Origin: Psilocybe cubensis | Lineage: Eukaryota | Length of the DNA: 64,000 nucleotides | Direction: 5' to 3' | Assembly (NCBI GenBank): GCA_017499595.2 | Contig: CM039001.1 | Span: forward strand, 2,232,001-2,296,000 | Shown here: positions 12,896 through 26,717 of the stretch, piece after piece | Numbering within the stretch: position 1 is the first letter of the stretch | Layout of the letters: every line of letters starts with the position of its first letter | The notes under the pieces: generated by a model | The model's database searches: none | What the model was told of the DNA's origin: nothing | Seen by the model: only the letters and a program-made list of their open reading frames with translations | Program-made: the position numbers and the translations under genes

Positions 12896-14795
12896 ATGTC
12901 ACTTGAAGATTTCGACAATATCGTCAGTCCTTCTGCTGCAGGAGGATCTACTTGTGGCTACTGCAGTCCTCCAGGGGAGCGGAGCAAGGAGGATACCAAT
13001 TACCATGCAGCTGCTTTGGTAGCACATCGACTAACATGTTCAGTGCGTATCTCTTCCATATGATATTACCGCCCCGCTCATCCATCAACATCGCAGGTCT
13101 ATCAACGTATGATTGACAGAGGCTGGCGTCGCTCCGGTGAGCATGCAATCCTGTAGCTAAGCTGATCGGTTTCCTCAGTTTTTACTAGGAACATACTGCT
13201 ATAAGCCTGATCTAAAAATCTCTTGTTGTCCGCAATATACGATAAAGTAATGCATATTCCCCTTAAGTCCTACAATTAGCGTCGAACACACCCTGCAGGC
13301 TAGACGCACTAGTGTTCAAACCCTCTCGAAGCCAACGCAAGATTATTAATCGGTGGGTTTCTTCATGCTATCACCCGCCAACCAATGTTAAACACTGGGT
13401 TGTATGACAGGTGGAATCGATTTATCATGTACGGAGACTCAGAAGACAATGCGATGAATGAGGAAGCGTCCGTTGTCTGCCTGTGACTAGACGATTCAGA
13501 GATTGACTCAGGACTACAGCCCCTCGGCCACGAATTCGCGCGTGAAACCTACCAAGTCTGCCCCGTTTACCTCGTTAGCATCAGCTCTTCACGAGTCGGA
13601 AATCATATTTTCCTCAGGGAAGAAACATTCTCATAAATTTGAGGTATTAGTATCTTTTGCGAAACCTGTGTAAACATTGACCGTGCTGCATAATCAGGTG
13701 GAATTGGAACCTGCAAGCTTTACTGCTGAAAAGTATGCACTATATAAAAAATATCAACTTGGAATACATCAAGACAAGAAGAACACAGAGTCTGGATTCA
13801 AACGGTTTCTTGTAGATTCTCCTTTGAAAGTAAGTATTAAATACACCGTGCAAACTTGCGACTTACTCACCACGTACTTAGACTGAACCCATTCCATATT
13901 CTTCCCCACCTCCGTCTCACCTTCCTGCGAATTACGGTTCATATCACCAGCTTTACAGAGTAGATGGTGAATTGATTGCTGTGGGTGTTTTGGATATCCT
14001 TCCAAGTTGCGTTTCCAGTGTCTACTTCATGTACGACAATAAATGGGAGCGATTCTCGATGGGGAAGGTCTGTATGTATGTCAGTCCACAATTTCAACAT
14101 ATTGTGACGTTATCTATCGATAGCTGAGCGCCTTGCGCGAAGTAACTCTTGCTCGAGAAATCAATGAGGCCGGTGCGCCTGAAATGCACAGTTTGTACAT
14201 GGGTAAGCAAATGTGTAGTTTTCTTTGGTATGTTGACTTAAGTGTGTATAGGATTCTACATATATTCATGTCAAAAAATGAGGTATAAAGGAGAGTACTC
14301 CCCCTCCTGTCTTGCGGACCCGGTAATTTCTACTACTCATATGTCACAGAGTGTTCCTGACAAGGTTACTGGTATTAGGAAACGTATCAATGGTTTCCAA
14401 TGAAAATTTGTATTCCCCTGCTAGAAAAATATAGATATGCCTGCTTTTCACAGCCTGCCCATTCCACCAATAAAGAGGTATCCCCAGAAGAGCCTGGTCA
14501 GTCCTTGAATGAGCTTTTCTTTGCGAATCATTGAAATTTGGCTGGCACAGGACCGGAACCATTACCAAGTGATGCAGCTGAATTCGATGGCATCAAGGTC
14601 CTTGTCAGGGCTCGCAGTCGTGATATTATCGTAGTACCAGTCAAGGTAGAATTGATTCACTTTCGGCTTGAAAACTAAGTAATATTTTTTCAGGATACGG
14701 TATATCTTGAATATGATCAAATTCGCGAAGAGCTTGGAACTTGTATTCAAGGGTTGGGTCAGGCTTTGGCCCAAGAAATCTGTTTTACACCATGA
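12896..14795 (+). CDS. ATE1: Arginyl-tRNA--protein transferase, many exons
   Basis: [83 protein letters not shown]. Confidence 0.93.
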
Positions 14796-14994
14796 TGCAG
14801 GCTGCATTCTATTTATAGCGGTGGACAACCGGGCCGCCGGACGGGATGATCGGAGGGGAGCCGTCACGTGCGAAGGCGCGATTGTGAGGTGAAGATTGCT
14901 CAATTGCAGCCTGTATCCCTATTCCGAATTATGATACATCTAAAAACAAAACTGGAGCTTGTGTCTTTCTCCTCTGTTCTCCCAAGCTGCAAGC

Positions 14995-17900
14995 ATGAGT
15001 TTGAACGGCTCAGGCCTCTTGACTCCTTCTTCTGAAGTCACTCTGTCGTCGCCTCCTTCGACTCCTAAACACCTCGCCAACAAGTTCTCACCACCCAATG
15101 GATTTCCAGAAAAGATCTCTATAGCTAATTTCCAGGCTTCACAACTAGTGGAGTACATTTCCTCAAGACCGGAAAATAGCTCCTCCGTGTATATCTACGA
15201 TGTGGCCGAGCAAGTTGGCTTTGGCACGGCTACGAAGGAATGGGCCAAAAATGATCACACAATTCCTCCTACAGTGGACCTGCAAACAAGGGCCGGTGCT
15301 GGACTCTCCCTCGTAGGGAGGCTTTCCCAAGGTACCAGCATTGATGCCGTCAAGGGCACCGTTTTGACTGCGTATACCACTCCCAGCGGTCTCGCACTTA
15401 TGGCCCCATCATTTGCCCATCTACCTGCCCCGTCGGCGACCACACGACTCATCGTCCAGGTGCCCACAGTGACAGCCGTAGGAGAAACATTGGCCTTCTC
15501 ACCAACTCTTTCCCCTCTTGCCTCTGTTTGGTCCATTCTTCCCGAAAATGTCTCTGTTTTGTTGTCTTCCTCGCCTAAACAAACTGTTGACTTCGCTGCC
15601 CTTGCATATAAAGTCACAAGTTCACATATAGTGCATCTCTTTGACCATTACAGCGCTGCTCGCGAAAATGGACCACTTATCACTCCTCCCAAACCCATTT
15701 CGAACAAAGGGAAGACTTTGCAAGAGTCCTTAAAGGAGGCGGGCTATGAAGCGTTGGAATATCATGGAGATGCAGAAGCAAAGGCAGTCGTTGTTCTGTT
15801 GAACAGTACCCTGGCTTCAAGCTTGAAGGCAGCTGTGGCTAGCAATGCTTCTGGCCTTGCTGTGGTCGTTGTCAATGTCCTTCGACCTTGGGATGAGTCG
15901 GCAATTCGGTCCATTATACCCGCGTCTGCCACCTCCGTATATGTCCTTGACGATGTCCCGAACACGGTCACTCAAGGCAGCCTCTACGTTGACGTCTTCA
16001 GCGCTCTTTGGGGTGCCACACCAAAACGCTCTGTGACCTCTCATCGCATCACCCCTTCACAGACTCAAAAATTCGTCACGTCGGGTGGAGAATTTTTACG
16101 CTTTGTAGAAAACATTACGCACCTAGCTGTCGAAGCAGTGACTGTTGCCAACATCAAGAAGACCTTGTTTTTTTCTACTCCCGACTCACCCTTGGCGCAC
16201 TCCGCCACCCTTTTGCGGGAGTTGTTTTCCAGCAAGCCGACTATATCAGCAAGACATTTGGTGGACTACGATGTCTTCTCTAAACCTGGAGGAATCGCGG
16301 CAGATAGGCTTCTTATTTCGCGGGATAGAAGCACGGAAAGTATCCCTGTCCAAGTTGCCTTGCCTCTGGATAGTTCCAGCGTCGGACACTCAGACTTCCT
16401 TGGTGTCACAGACCACACTTTGCTAAAAACTCACTCAATCCTCAAACACGCCAAGAAGGGTTCGATTGTGGTCGTGGTTTCTCCCTGGACTCCTGAAGAG
16501 TTTTCTTCCAATATCAGTCACGAGGTGGCCGAGTTGATTGTAGAACGACAGCTTTCGGTTTACACCATCGACATCAAAACCCTTGCGAAAGGTCTCAGTA
16601 AATCCACTGAACAACATAACCTCTCGAACGGCGATGGAGGTGCTCTTCTGTTTGAAATTGTCTTTTTGAGGTTCTTCCTTGGAGCAGCGGCTTCTGAACA
16701 GGCCATTAATCAATTGCTTAACACTGTTTATTTCGACCTTGACCTTACCGAATTCTGCTCGGCTGCCTGGAAAGGACTCAAGGCTGTTACTATCTCTCTT
16801 TCAGAGGTCACTCCCAGCGAATCACCGGCTTTGAAAGAGTTCGAGGCGAATGCCATTGCCGTCAAGACATCGGAAGGACAGACTGTCGTTAATGGTGCTC
16901 GTCTAAGCACATGGCACGACGCTGCGAAGCACCTCCTCTTCCCCGCTGCATTCACACCACCTACCGAGCCTGACGCCCTGCGCAACCCCGCTTTACGTCC
17001 CGAGGTCCCTGATACCACTTTCCTAGTAACCTGTACCGTCAACAAGCGACTCACCCCATTGGAATATGATCGCAATGTCTTCCATCTAGAGTTCGACACG
17101 TCTGGCACCGGACTTAAATACGCTATCGGCGAGGCGCTTGGTGTTCACGGGTGGAACGATGAGCAGGAGGTGCTGGAGTTCTGCGAATGGTATGGTGTTG
17201 ATCCAGACAGACTCATCACTATCCCTGTGCCTGGCTCTGACGACACTAAGATGCACACGAGGACTGTGCTGCAGGCACTACAGCAGCAGATTGACTTGTT
17301 CGGAAAGCCACCCAAGTCATTCTACACCGATCTTGCGGAATACGCGACGGCTGATGTGGACAGATATGCACTGCGATTTATTGGCGCACCTGAAGGCTCT
17401 TCGACGTTCAAGAAGTTGTCTGAGAAGGACACAGTGACTTTTGCAGATGTCCTGAAAATGTACAAGAGCGCTAAACCTGGAATTGAACGTTTGTGCGAAT
17501 TGATTGGGGATATCAAACCGCGTCATTACAGTATCGCCAGTGCACAAAGCGTCGTTGGTGACCGTGTTGACCTGTTGGTCGTCACTGTTGATTGGGTGAC
17601 ACCGTCTGGTTCGTTATTATCATCTGCATTCCTAGATCACAATGGTCGCTAACCCACATTGAAGGTTCTCCTAGGTACGGACAATGTACACGTTACCTTG
17701 CAGGCCTCAAGATTGGTCAGAAAGTTACAGTTTCCATCAAACCTAGTGTCATGAAGGTTCGTCTCATCATCATTGGTCATATCCATCGCACTCACCATCA
17801 TTATCTATTTCTTTAGCTGCCTCCCGATGTCAAGCAGCCGCTCATCATGGCAGGTCTCGGAACAGGTGCAGCACCCTTCCGCGCTTTCCTTCAGCACCTC

Positions 17901-18350
17901 GCCTGGCTTGCGTCTAAAGGCGAAGAAATCGGTCCCGTGTACTACTACTTTGGCTCGCGCTACCAAGCCGCCGAGTACCTGTACGGCGAGGAGATTGAAG
18001 CGTTCCTCCTGAGCGGCGTTATCACTCGCGCTGGACTCGCGTTCTCGCGTGATGGGCCAAAGAAGGTGTACATCCAGCACAAAATGCTCGAGGATTCGGA
18101 CGCGCTGGCCAAGATGCTGCACGAGGAGAACGGGGTGTTCTACTTGTGCGGTCCTACGTGGCCAGTACCGGACGTGTATGAGGCGCTAGTCAATGCTCTG
18201 ACCAAGTATAAGGGAGACACTGTCCAGGCCGGCGAGTACCTTGAGAGTCTGAAAGAGGAGGAGCGATATGTACTTGAGGTATGTCCCCTTTCCATCCACT
18301 AAGTGCTGCCCCTTTCTAAGACAGTTCTGTTTATCATCAAGGTTTATTAA
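14995..18350 (+). CDS. MET10: Assimilatory sulfite reductase flavoprotein (alpha) subunit
   Basis: Long exon with VNKRLTPLEYDRNVFHLEFD and IKPRHYSIAS, then GLGTGAAPFRAF, AFSRD..KVYIQH, YLCGP, final exon VY*. Confidence 0.95.
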
Positions 18351-18713
18351 TCGCAAAATACCCCAAGTTTGTAATAGTAGAGGGTAGATTTCAAAAATAT
18401 GCAGATGATATACCAGATCTACGATGCAATTAATAAATGTACATAGCCAATGGGTTCCAAAATAATTCATGGGGGATCATCAAAAAATTGAAGTAATGTG
18501 TTCGTGTCGCGTCATAGTAAAAGGAAGTAGAAAGTGAAAAGAAGAAAAGGCGTGAACATCGCGAGAGAGCTTTGCTCCAGGATCTCCCTCATAATGATAA
18601 TAATACAATTTACAACAAAATCGTGAATGCGTGGAAGAGTAGTGGTATAGGGGAATACGTGCATGGGAAATGAGGAATCGTGTTCGTTTTCTTGATCATA
18701 GTCGTCGTGTCTT

Positions 18714-21036
18714 TTAGTAGCTAACCTTGCCGAACCCCCGGGACTTCCTGACCAGGATGATGTACCATGCAGAGAGACCAACTATGAGCAGACCGACGGC
18801 GGTGATGACAATGGCCATCGCAAGAGTGGCATTTTTGCTGAGCCTGGAGCCCTGACACCCATCCTGTATTGCAGAGTCGCACGGGCGACCCTTGGGCCTG
18901 ACCTTGTCGTACGCGCCAGGCTGGAGCGAAGTATAGAATGGATCGCTCGAGTCGCTGGCCACTTGCATTGATGCGAGAGTGAGCATAGGTGCATTGTAGT
19001 CCAGTGCGATCTATTGGTCAAATGTCGAAACATGATGATTTTTAAAAGGGTTGAAAAGGTGAAAATGAAATTAAAATCACCTCGGTTTGTGGCCAGTCAC
19101 TTCGGATATCGAAGAACCTTCCGCGGCGATCTGGGCCTCCTACAACAGCGCCAGCAAGAACGTACGCTTCCTTTGGCGGGTCTGTGTCAATCTGACCGAT
19201 ATCGAAACCACCAGCTGCCATTGCTGAGTGGGGGTTAGTCGGTGAATTTGGGTTGACACCGACGATATAGGGCACTGTAAATAGAGGAATAAGATTCGCA
19301 AAAGTGAGTATGACATGTTTTACGTACTGGACATGGAGTTCTTTCCAAGAGCATAGTCAATTTGACTTTTGGCAAAGTTCTGCGTACCACGGTTAATTTT
19401 GAGTAGATTGATTCCATATCGTCCGTACCTGGTAAGCCGTCTTCTTTTCGGAGTTTGATGCAAGAGGAGCGAATCGGTTCAAGAGCATAGCGGCGTTCAA
19501 TGCAGGGTTCAAGGAAGCATCATCCGAATCACCATCATAGTACAACAGACCATCTACCGTTTCCTTGAATCAATTGACTTGCTTCGAACAAAATTTCAAC
19601 AACTACTAACCGTCTGTCATGAATCCTGGTCCCTTGTGGTTGACGATATCGTCGAAATAATTTTCCGCCTGCGTTCTCCATGTTGTAAAGTTACCGCCGT
19701 AGTTGGACGAAGCCTGGTTAAGCTGCGCAAAAAGAACAAGGAGTCCGGGGGTCTTCGAATCCCAGTTGAATACTCTTGGGTCTTTACCAAGGCCGTATTT
19801 GGAGAAGAAAGTCTCAGCGTCTTTGTACAGAGATGATGATCCTGTAGCGGCTGCTAGGAAGAGCGCGGCCATCGTCAACTCGTCACCATATCCAGAAGAA
19901 GCATACGCATAAGTGACCTGCGGAACAGACGTCTGGTACGTCTTACGCCCGCTCGTCGCGTTGACTGCAAAGGAATAAAGCTGTTGTGCGTGAGTAAGCA
20001 GAGTATCGGCATATGAATCGTTTTTCAACGAAGCAGGTGAAGAGTACGCGGAACTGAACGAGCGGCTGGCATAGAGGTTAGAACAAGCTGCAAAGGCTGC
20101 AGCTGCTTGGGCCGCAGCATCAGTGCCAGGATTTGCGTCGTTGATCATGTACACTGGACGGGGAGAAGGAATACTCCTGTCACCGCCCCAGTAAGAGTTG
20201 TCCTTGTCGGCTGTAATTTTATTCATTTATATTCGTTGCAAAAGCCAGATTTTGACAAACTTGCCATTAGGGACCATTACAACCAGAGAAGATGCGTTGG
20301 GGTGAGCCTAAATAAAACATAAGAAGGCTGTGGGTGAAAACGAATGGATGGCAAACCTTCATAAGCCAGTCAAGGCCCCATCGTAAAGTATCGTCAAGGT
20401 AGGCCGTTTGATTGGCCATGTCGTATCCTGTCATAATATTTAATTAAAGATGCTCCACTACGGATGGAGCTAGTTGAGTAATAAAGAACAGACCTTTCCC
20501 AAAGTCTGTTGCACCCCAGCACATAGACATAAGGGCAAAACTCTGTGCATTTAGTCAGTTTATGAGCAAGATGTGCCACTGCCTGGCAGTGAAAGGTATT
20601 CACCAGAGGATAGGTATCTTTGGAGAAATCTAAAATAATTTACATGTCAACACGTAGACAGAAAAGTGGGGTTGTATAAAGACAAACCTCCAGCATCGTA
20701 AAATCCACCTATGAGAATATTGTCAGCCTCAACCGCAGCAAGATATAGTGCCTCGATCAAAGTACCTATGAGGTCGATACCGAGATCTTTTCCTTCGTAA
20801 ATCAAACTATCATTGCGCCATGGTACACGGTTTGTGGACGGAAGGACACCACTGCGCTGCTCGTCATAGAAATACAAAAGAGACCCGAGCAAGGAAGACC
20901 AGGCAGAATTCGGCAAGCCACCACCAGTCGTAGATATGGCGCCGGCAGAGATGTCAGGGGGTAGGAAGGGTGGGTTGGGCAGAGCAAGCTGTGCAGAGAC
21001 CAAAGGAAGGAGGGATAGTAGTGCTGTAAACCTCAT
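18714..21036 (-). CDS. Glycoside hydrolase family 9 (endoglucanase-like) with signal peptide and C-terminal TM segment
   Basis: LYFYDEQRSG, WRNDS, GGFYDAGD, PGTDAAA, YIVG..NPHSA, GAVVGGPD..FFDIRSDW.QTE; hydrophobic C-terminal anchor. Confidence 0.9.
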
Positions 21037-21417
21037 CGGGGTATCTAGTGAGGGAGGCTCACGGATTGTTGAGGGAGGGGGGAGAGTAGCAAGTTGGATT
21101 GGAACAGGTCGCACGATTTGAACAAGTTCAACTTTGAATCTAATTCCGTCCCACGTGTGAATCACGAGACGTCAGTTCTCGATCGCGTGATCGCGTTCGT
21201 CGATAGTGCTAGTGCGCCACAGTTCACGTCGTCCTTTGTGCTGCGTTACTGCAACAAGCGCTAATTTTTCAAAGACCAGAAGAATCCCAATACATAGTAT
21301 ACGAGCGATATGTTATTCGGAATCTCTGACATTTGGTTCCGCATCTTAGGTTTCTCACGGCCTACCTATTGGAATTTCGTAAATCGATGACGTCGGCTCT
21401 TTTCCTTGACCGTATAT

Positions 21418-22762
21418 ATGACTCCCATTAACACCTGCGTCCTTGGTGTCGGCCTTTCTGGCCTCACCTTCCACGTTCCATTCGTTCTTGCCTTGCCTGA
21501 ACTCTTCAACTTGCATTCCGTTCTAGAACGCAACCCATCCACCGAAGGTGGCAAGGTCAAGGAAAGATTCGGCGTCACTACCAAAATCCACAGGTCTATC
21601 GATGATGTTGTTGCGGATCCGGAGATCGAGTTGGTGATTGTTGGAACGCCCAACGATACGCACTACGCATTCGCAAAGGCTGCGCTGAACGCTGGAAAGC
21701 ATGGTACCTTTGAGGCATGTTTGCGCATTAATTCCATTGCTGATCATTTATCGTCTAGTTCTCGTCGACAAGCCCGTCACAGCTACATTTGAAGAAGCAA
21801 AAGAATTGGGCGCTTTGGCTAAGGCAAAGGGCCTTGTTTTATACCCATACCAAAATCGACGTTGGGATGCCGATTTCTTTGCTCTGAAGAAGCTGCTCGC
21901 AGAGCCTGAAGCTAGTCCTCATTCCCTAGGGGCACTCACAGAATTCGAATCACAGTGAGTAATTTCAGACACCACCGGTACAGTATATGACCATTTCATG
22001 CAGCCACGACCGATTCCGCAAAGGCTTGAAGGGAACTTGGAAGGATGTGCCTTCCCCGGGAGTAGGGCTGACCTACGACCTGGGCTCACACCTCATCGAC
22101 CAGACACTATGCCTCTTTGGACGGCCGGACCGCATTACAGCCTTCATCCAGAACCTGAGGGGGATAGGGAGTCCTGATGTAGATGATTGCGTATGTTTTT
22201 CCATATGGCCACAGGACAGAAATAAACTGATGGCACAAAAAGTTTACCATCTTTATGCACTACAATGCGGGGGCGCGGAATCCGTACCCTCTGACAGCAA
22301 TTTTGCGTTCACATATTCTATCCGTCCGGTCGCCCCAGCTCCGGTATGTCGTGAGAGGAACAAAGGGAACATACACGAAATTTGGGGTCGACGTGCAGGA
22401 AGACCAGCTCAAGGTGATATCATCGCCCAAAGCTATCTTGGAGGGGCAATATGGCATGGAGCCAGACTATCTGTGGGGAACTATTGAGAGGATTGAGGCC
22501 GACGACACGACGGTAACCCGATCCAAGTGAGTGAACATCTTTTGTCTGTCTGATGACTGGCTAATGGATGGGTCCCAGATGGCCGTCGATAGATGCTGGC
22601 TGTTACACCGACCTATTCCGGAACCTGGGCGGAGCAATTCGAAATGGCGAAGAACTGACAATTAAATGGGACGAGGCGGCAGCAGTAATCGAGATGATTG
22701 AACTGGCGCATACAAGTTCCAAGGAGGGAATCACGGTACAAGTTGGGGGGCGACATAATTAG
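21418..22762 (+). CDS. Gfo/Idh/MocA-family NAD(P)-dependent oxidoreductase
   Basis: VLGVGLSGLTFH, GTPNDTHY, VDKP, YQNRRWDADF, YDLGSHLIDQ, GVDVQEDQL. Confidence 0.9.
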
Positions 22763-22846
22763 ATCACATGACGTGTTTACACGTTGACCGGGGTTATAAG
22801 TTAGTCATAGCGCAATGATGGATCGTTTGTTACTCTCGTAGCCACC

Positions 22847-24593
22847 ATGTCGCTCGTAGATATCCGCGTCGACTTGCCTACTCATTCCCGCTCGTTCACC
22901 GTCAAGGTGTCCCCGTCGAGCTCTGTTCTCGATGTCAAAGAAGAGATATACCACACTTGTCCAGGCGCTCCCCGTACCTCCGGTCAGCGCCTCATATGGC
23001 GCGGGAGAATGCTGGAGGATGACGAGAAAATCGAGAATCTGTGGAAGGTAGTCTGCTTGTGTTGTGTGCTTGAGTGCATCTAACCGCGTACTGCTCAGAC
23101 CGAGCCAAGGATCGTCCATTTGGCTGTTCACCCTTCCGCTTGGTCGTCTCCTCCGACTGCCACCCAACCCCAGCCCCAGGCACAACCGCCACCGCAACCA
23201 CGATCGCAGCCACCCCCGATACCTATAGTCCCTATACATTACACTCTCAATCCTACTTCAAATCCCGGTACCTGGAGGAACACAACCCAATCTTCCAACA
23301 TTCCGTCTCTGCCTAGGAATGCGCTGAACTACGTCTATTATCAACATCGCAAGGCGCTTGCCGCTCTTTCTTCCCAAATGCCAATACCTGCTTTTAATCT
23401 CTACGAAGCCTCAAACGAGGCTCGGGATCTCGCTATCTATGCCGTCGAGCGCAGTGGCTTTATTTGGCCTGCCATTCTCGATGAGCCTTATCCGCGAGGG
23501 TCCTGGAATCCTGGCGCTGAATATGAAATTAGACAAATCGAGTATGTGCTTTACCATGTTTCCAATTCAAGCGTTGGTACTTATATATATATAAAACCAA
23601 AGCGGTGGTCTGTTCTTGCATCTGAAAGACGTTCGTCCGCCGACGCCAATGCAGCAACACGCATTCAAAGTTCTGTCTGTTACGTTCACTCTCTTAACGG
23701 CGTCGGTGTCGTCTCCGCCCATGATGCGTACGGTGGATGCTCTGTCGTCGACATCTGTGGCAGGCGCGCCTCATCTCAACGAACTCTTGCAGCAGTTTGG
23801 GATGCCACCTCTCAGGGCAGCAATGAACGGTGATCATGGCTATCCAGGCGACTTTGTCGTACAGCGGGATGATGGTATAGTTTTCCGGCAGATCCCCATT
23901 CGCCCCCTCCTTGCGCCGCTGATGATGCTTATTTTGCGAACATCTCTGTTGCTTTACTTTGTCGCGCCTGCCCGGACGCCGGTGTTTGGTGCGCTGATAC
24001 TTGCTTGGATGTTGTACGAGATTTGGCAGCCTATTAGAAACGGGATACAGAATGGCTGGGGTAGGAATCCGGGGGCAGGTTTGAATCAGGGACAACAGCA
24101 ACAGAATGTCAATGACGCGCCCGGGAACGTAGTGCCCAACGCGGTTCCAGCTCCTGGGGGACCAGGAGTGCTCCCTGCGGCAGCGAATGTGCCCGTGCGG
24201 CCCGGTCCAGTTGGACCTGTGACGTTGGATCTGCAGGCGGGAGCGTTGCTTGACAACCTTGCAAACTTGAATATTGAGGAGGAGCAAAGGATGCTGAATC
24301 AAACGGAAGGCGCGCCTGCTGCTGAACCGGGGCTGGGACACAAGATTACGACATTTGTGAGTCTCTTTCTGACTACGCTGCACCCAGCGATCTGGAACCG
24401 CAGACGGGTGGCTCTTCGAAGAAGGGAGGGTGTTGTGAGGACGGAAGCGAACGCGAGGTCTAGGGACGGGGAGGCGACTGCTGCTGAGGAACGACGAGAG
24501 GAGCTGCGGGCGCAGTTTAATCGACGACCAGCGTGGATACAGCGGTACATGGAGCGGGTGGTTGCTGAGGAATGGGTAGACGACTCTGACTGA
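22847..24593 (+). CDS. Ubiquitin-like-domain ER membrane protein (Herp/Usa1-like)
   Basis: N-terminal UBL (SVLDVKEEI..PGAP...QRLIWRGRMLED), hydrophobic hairpin, C-terminal TFVSLFLTTLHP reminiscent of the Herp-type C-terminus. Confidence 0.65.
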
Positions 24594-24722
24594 CTTGATT
24601 TATTTACTAGTGTAGAATACATATTTCAAATTATTACACATTTCTAGTTAATTAAGACTCAACCCACGTGAGCGCATATAGCCACAACAACTCTACCACC
24701 AACTATCATCTGCTCGCCGTCG

Positions 24723-26248
24723 ATGTCCTCGACGTTCGACGCTCTCGTCGCCGACCTCACCCGCGATTTCAACCGCGTCCAGCCCAGAGATGCACTCCAG
24801 TTCTGCGCTAATTGGTTCCAGTCTCGTCTAGAAGAGCAGCGCGCCCGCACCCGCGATCTGCTCGCCACTCGCTCAGCGTCCATCGCTGCCCCCAGCGACC
24901 TCTACACTGACAGCCCAGCCGCTGGCCTCCCCACCCTCGCCCCATTCCCCCGGCCCCGCTCTTCTATCCGCGACAGCATCGCCCACAGCCCTTTCGGTAC
25001 GCTCAATGTCCCCGGCAACGCTCTCCTCACCACAGGCGATCGCACACCCCCCTCGTTCCGTTTCAACCAGAACGAGCTTCCGCCCACCTCCCCACTCAGC
25101 AATGCCAATCCGTTTGCGGCGTTTGATACGGCCACACCCACACCCCCACACCACCCGGGCGACTACCTGCATGCGCCGAGCGCCGCCATCTTTGCACGGC
25201 GCACATCCGTGTCTGCAGAGTCGATCGCTGTCGACAGCAGCACGGACGAGCCGCTGCGGGTGTACCCCAAGACGGAGGACCAGGTGAGACGCATCAAGGC
25301 TGCGACGGGCAGCAACTTTATCTTTCGCGATCTGGATGAGGAGCAGGAGACGGGGGTGCTCAACGCCATGCAGGAGCGCAAGGTCGTCAAGAATGAGATC
25401 GTGATCCGCCAGGGCGATGTAGGAGAGTACTTTTACGTCGTCGAGTCTGGGCAGCTTTACTGCTATATCCACCCCGAGCCACTGCCGAGCAACTGGCCCC
25501 CAGAGGGCTCGATCGCAAAGAGCGAAAGCAAGATCGCTCAACAAAAGTACCACCCCGAGTTTGGGAAGATGGTTCAGGAGTGCAAGCCGGGGAGCTCGTT
25601 TGGTGAGCTTGCGTTGATGCACAATGCGCTGCGTGCGGCGACGGTGCTCGCTGTTGAGCCGTCGATCTTGTGGTCGTTGGACCGCATCACGTTCCGGACG
25701 ATCATTCTCAAGGCGGCGCATAGGCGGCGTACTATGTACGAGCAGTTTCTGTCTACGGTGACTCTGCTGTCGTCGTTGGATGCACCTGAGCGGAGCAAGA
25801 TCGCAGATGCGCTTGTCAGTAGTGTGTATGCTGATGGCGAGGCTGTTGTCAGGCAGGGGGAGATAGGTGATACGTTCTTCTTTATTGAAGAAGGGGAAGC
25901 TATTGTTACCAAGACGCAACAAACTGAAAATGGGGACATTCGCGAGGTCCAGGTAGGACATCTCAAGAAGGGAGACTACTTTGGAGGTGATTATCTCTTT
26001 CTCTCATACTTTGCTATGGGTGATTGATTAATTTTGTTTGTGTTTTAGAATTATCGTTGTTGCGTCTTGCACCAAGGGCAGCTACTGTTAGTGCTATATA
26101 TCGGAAGGACGCATCGATGCCCAAGTTGAAAGTGGCAGCGCTTGATGAGGCAGCGTTCACGCGACTTTTGGGGCCGCTACGCGAGATCATGGAGCGCAAG
26201 GCAGGGGAAGCATATGGAAGTGGGCCGAGGCTGTCCATCTCTCGCTGA
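24723..26248 (+). CDS. BCY1: cAMP-dependent protein kinase regulatory subunit
   Basis: D/D domain (QPRDALQFCANWF), inhibitor site RRTSVSAE, two CNB cassettes FGELALMHNALRAATV and FG/ELSLLRLAPRAATV. Confidence 0.96.
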
Positions 26249-26717
26249 ATGTAAATTGTATATACGTTTTTTTGATTTTTCCCCCCGTTGTTGTGTACTG
26301 TACGATGTAGCTTTAGATCTGTGTTTGGGTCAAAAATACCATGTTGATTTTTTTTATTGTGTCCGGCGTCAATGATATCAACTTGAACCACGACAACATC
26401 AACAAGTTTGCACACCTAGGATATAAATATCTCGCTCGGGGGAAACAATGGACGATTAACGGAGGCAGGGGCTAATAAACAATGGAGCTGCAAGATGGAT
26501 TGTTGGGATGCCAACAGGAAGGTGGAACTCCTGCGTCGCTGACGGGCGTGGTCAAAATCAGGACTAGCGCAAAGTCGTGGGGTGGGAGCCAGAATCGTCC
26601 TTTTCTATTCCCCTTGTATTTACCCAACTCTCTCCCCCTCCCTCCCTTTGTCCGTTTGAGATTACCCACCGTCTCACCCTCACATTCATTTTAAAGACTA
26701 CATACATAGCGACCTTG

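Noticed and set aside
24873-25961. 362-aa minus-strand ORF (also 23694-24383 and 9218-9868)
   Set aside because: Antisense shadows of GC-rich real exons; no recognisable motifs
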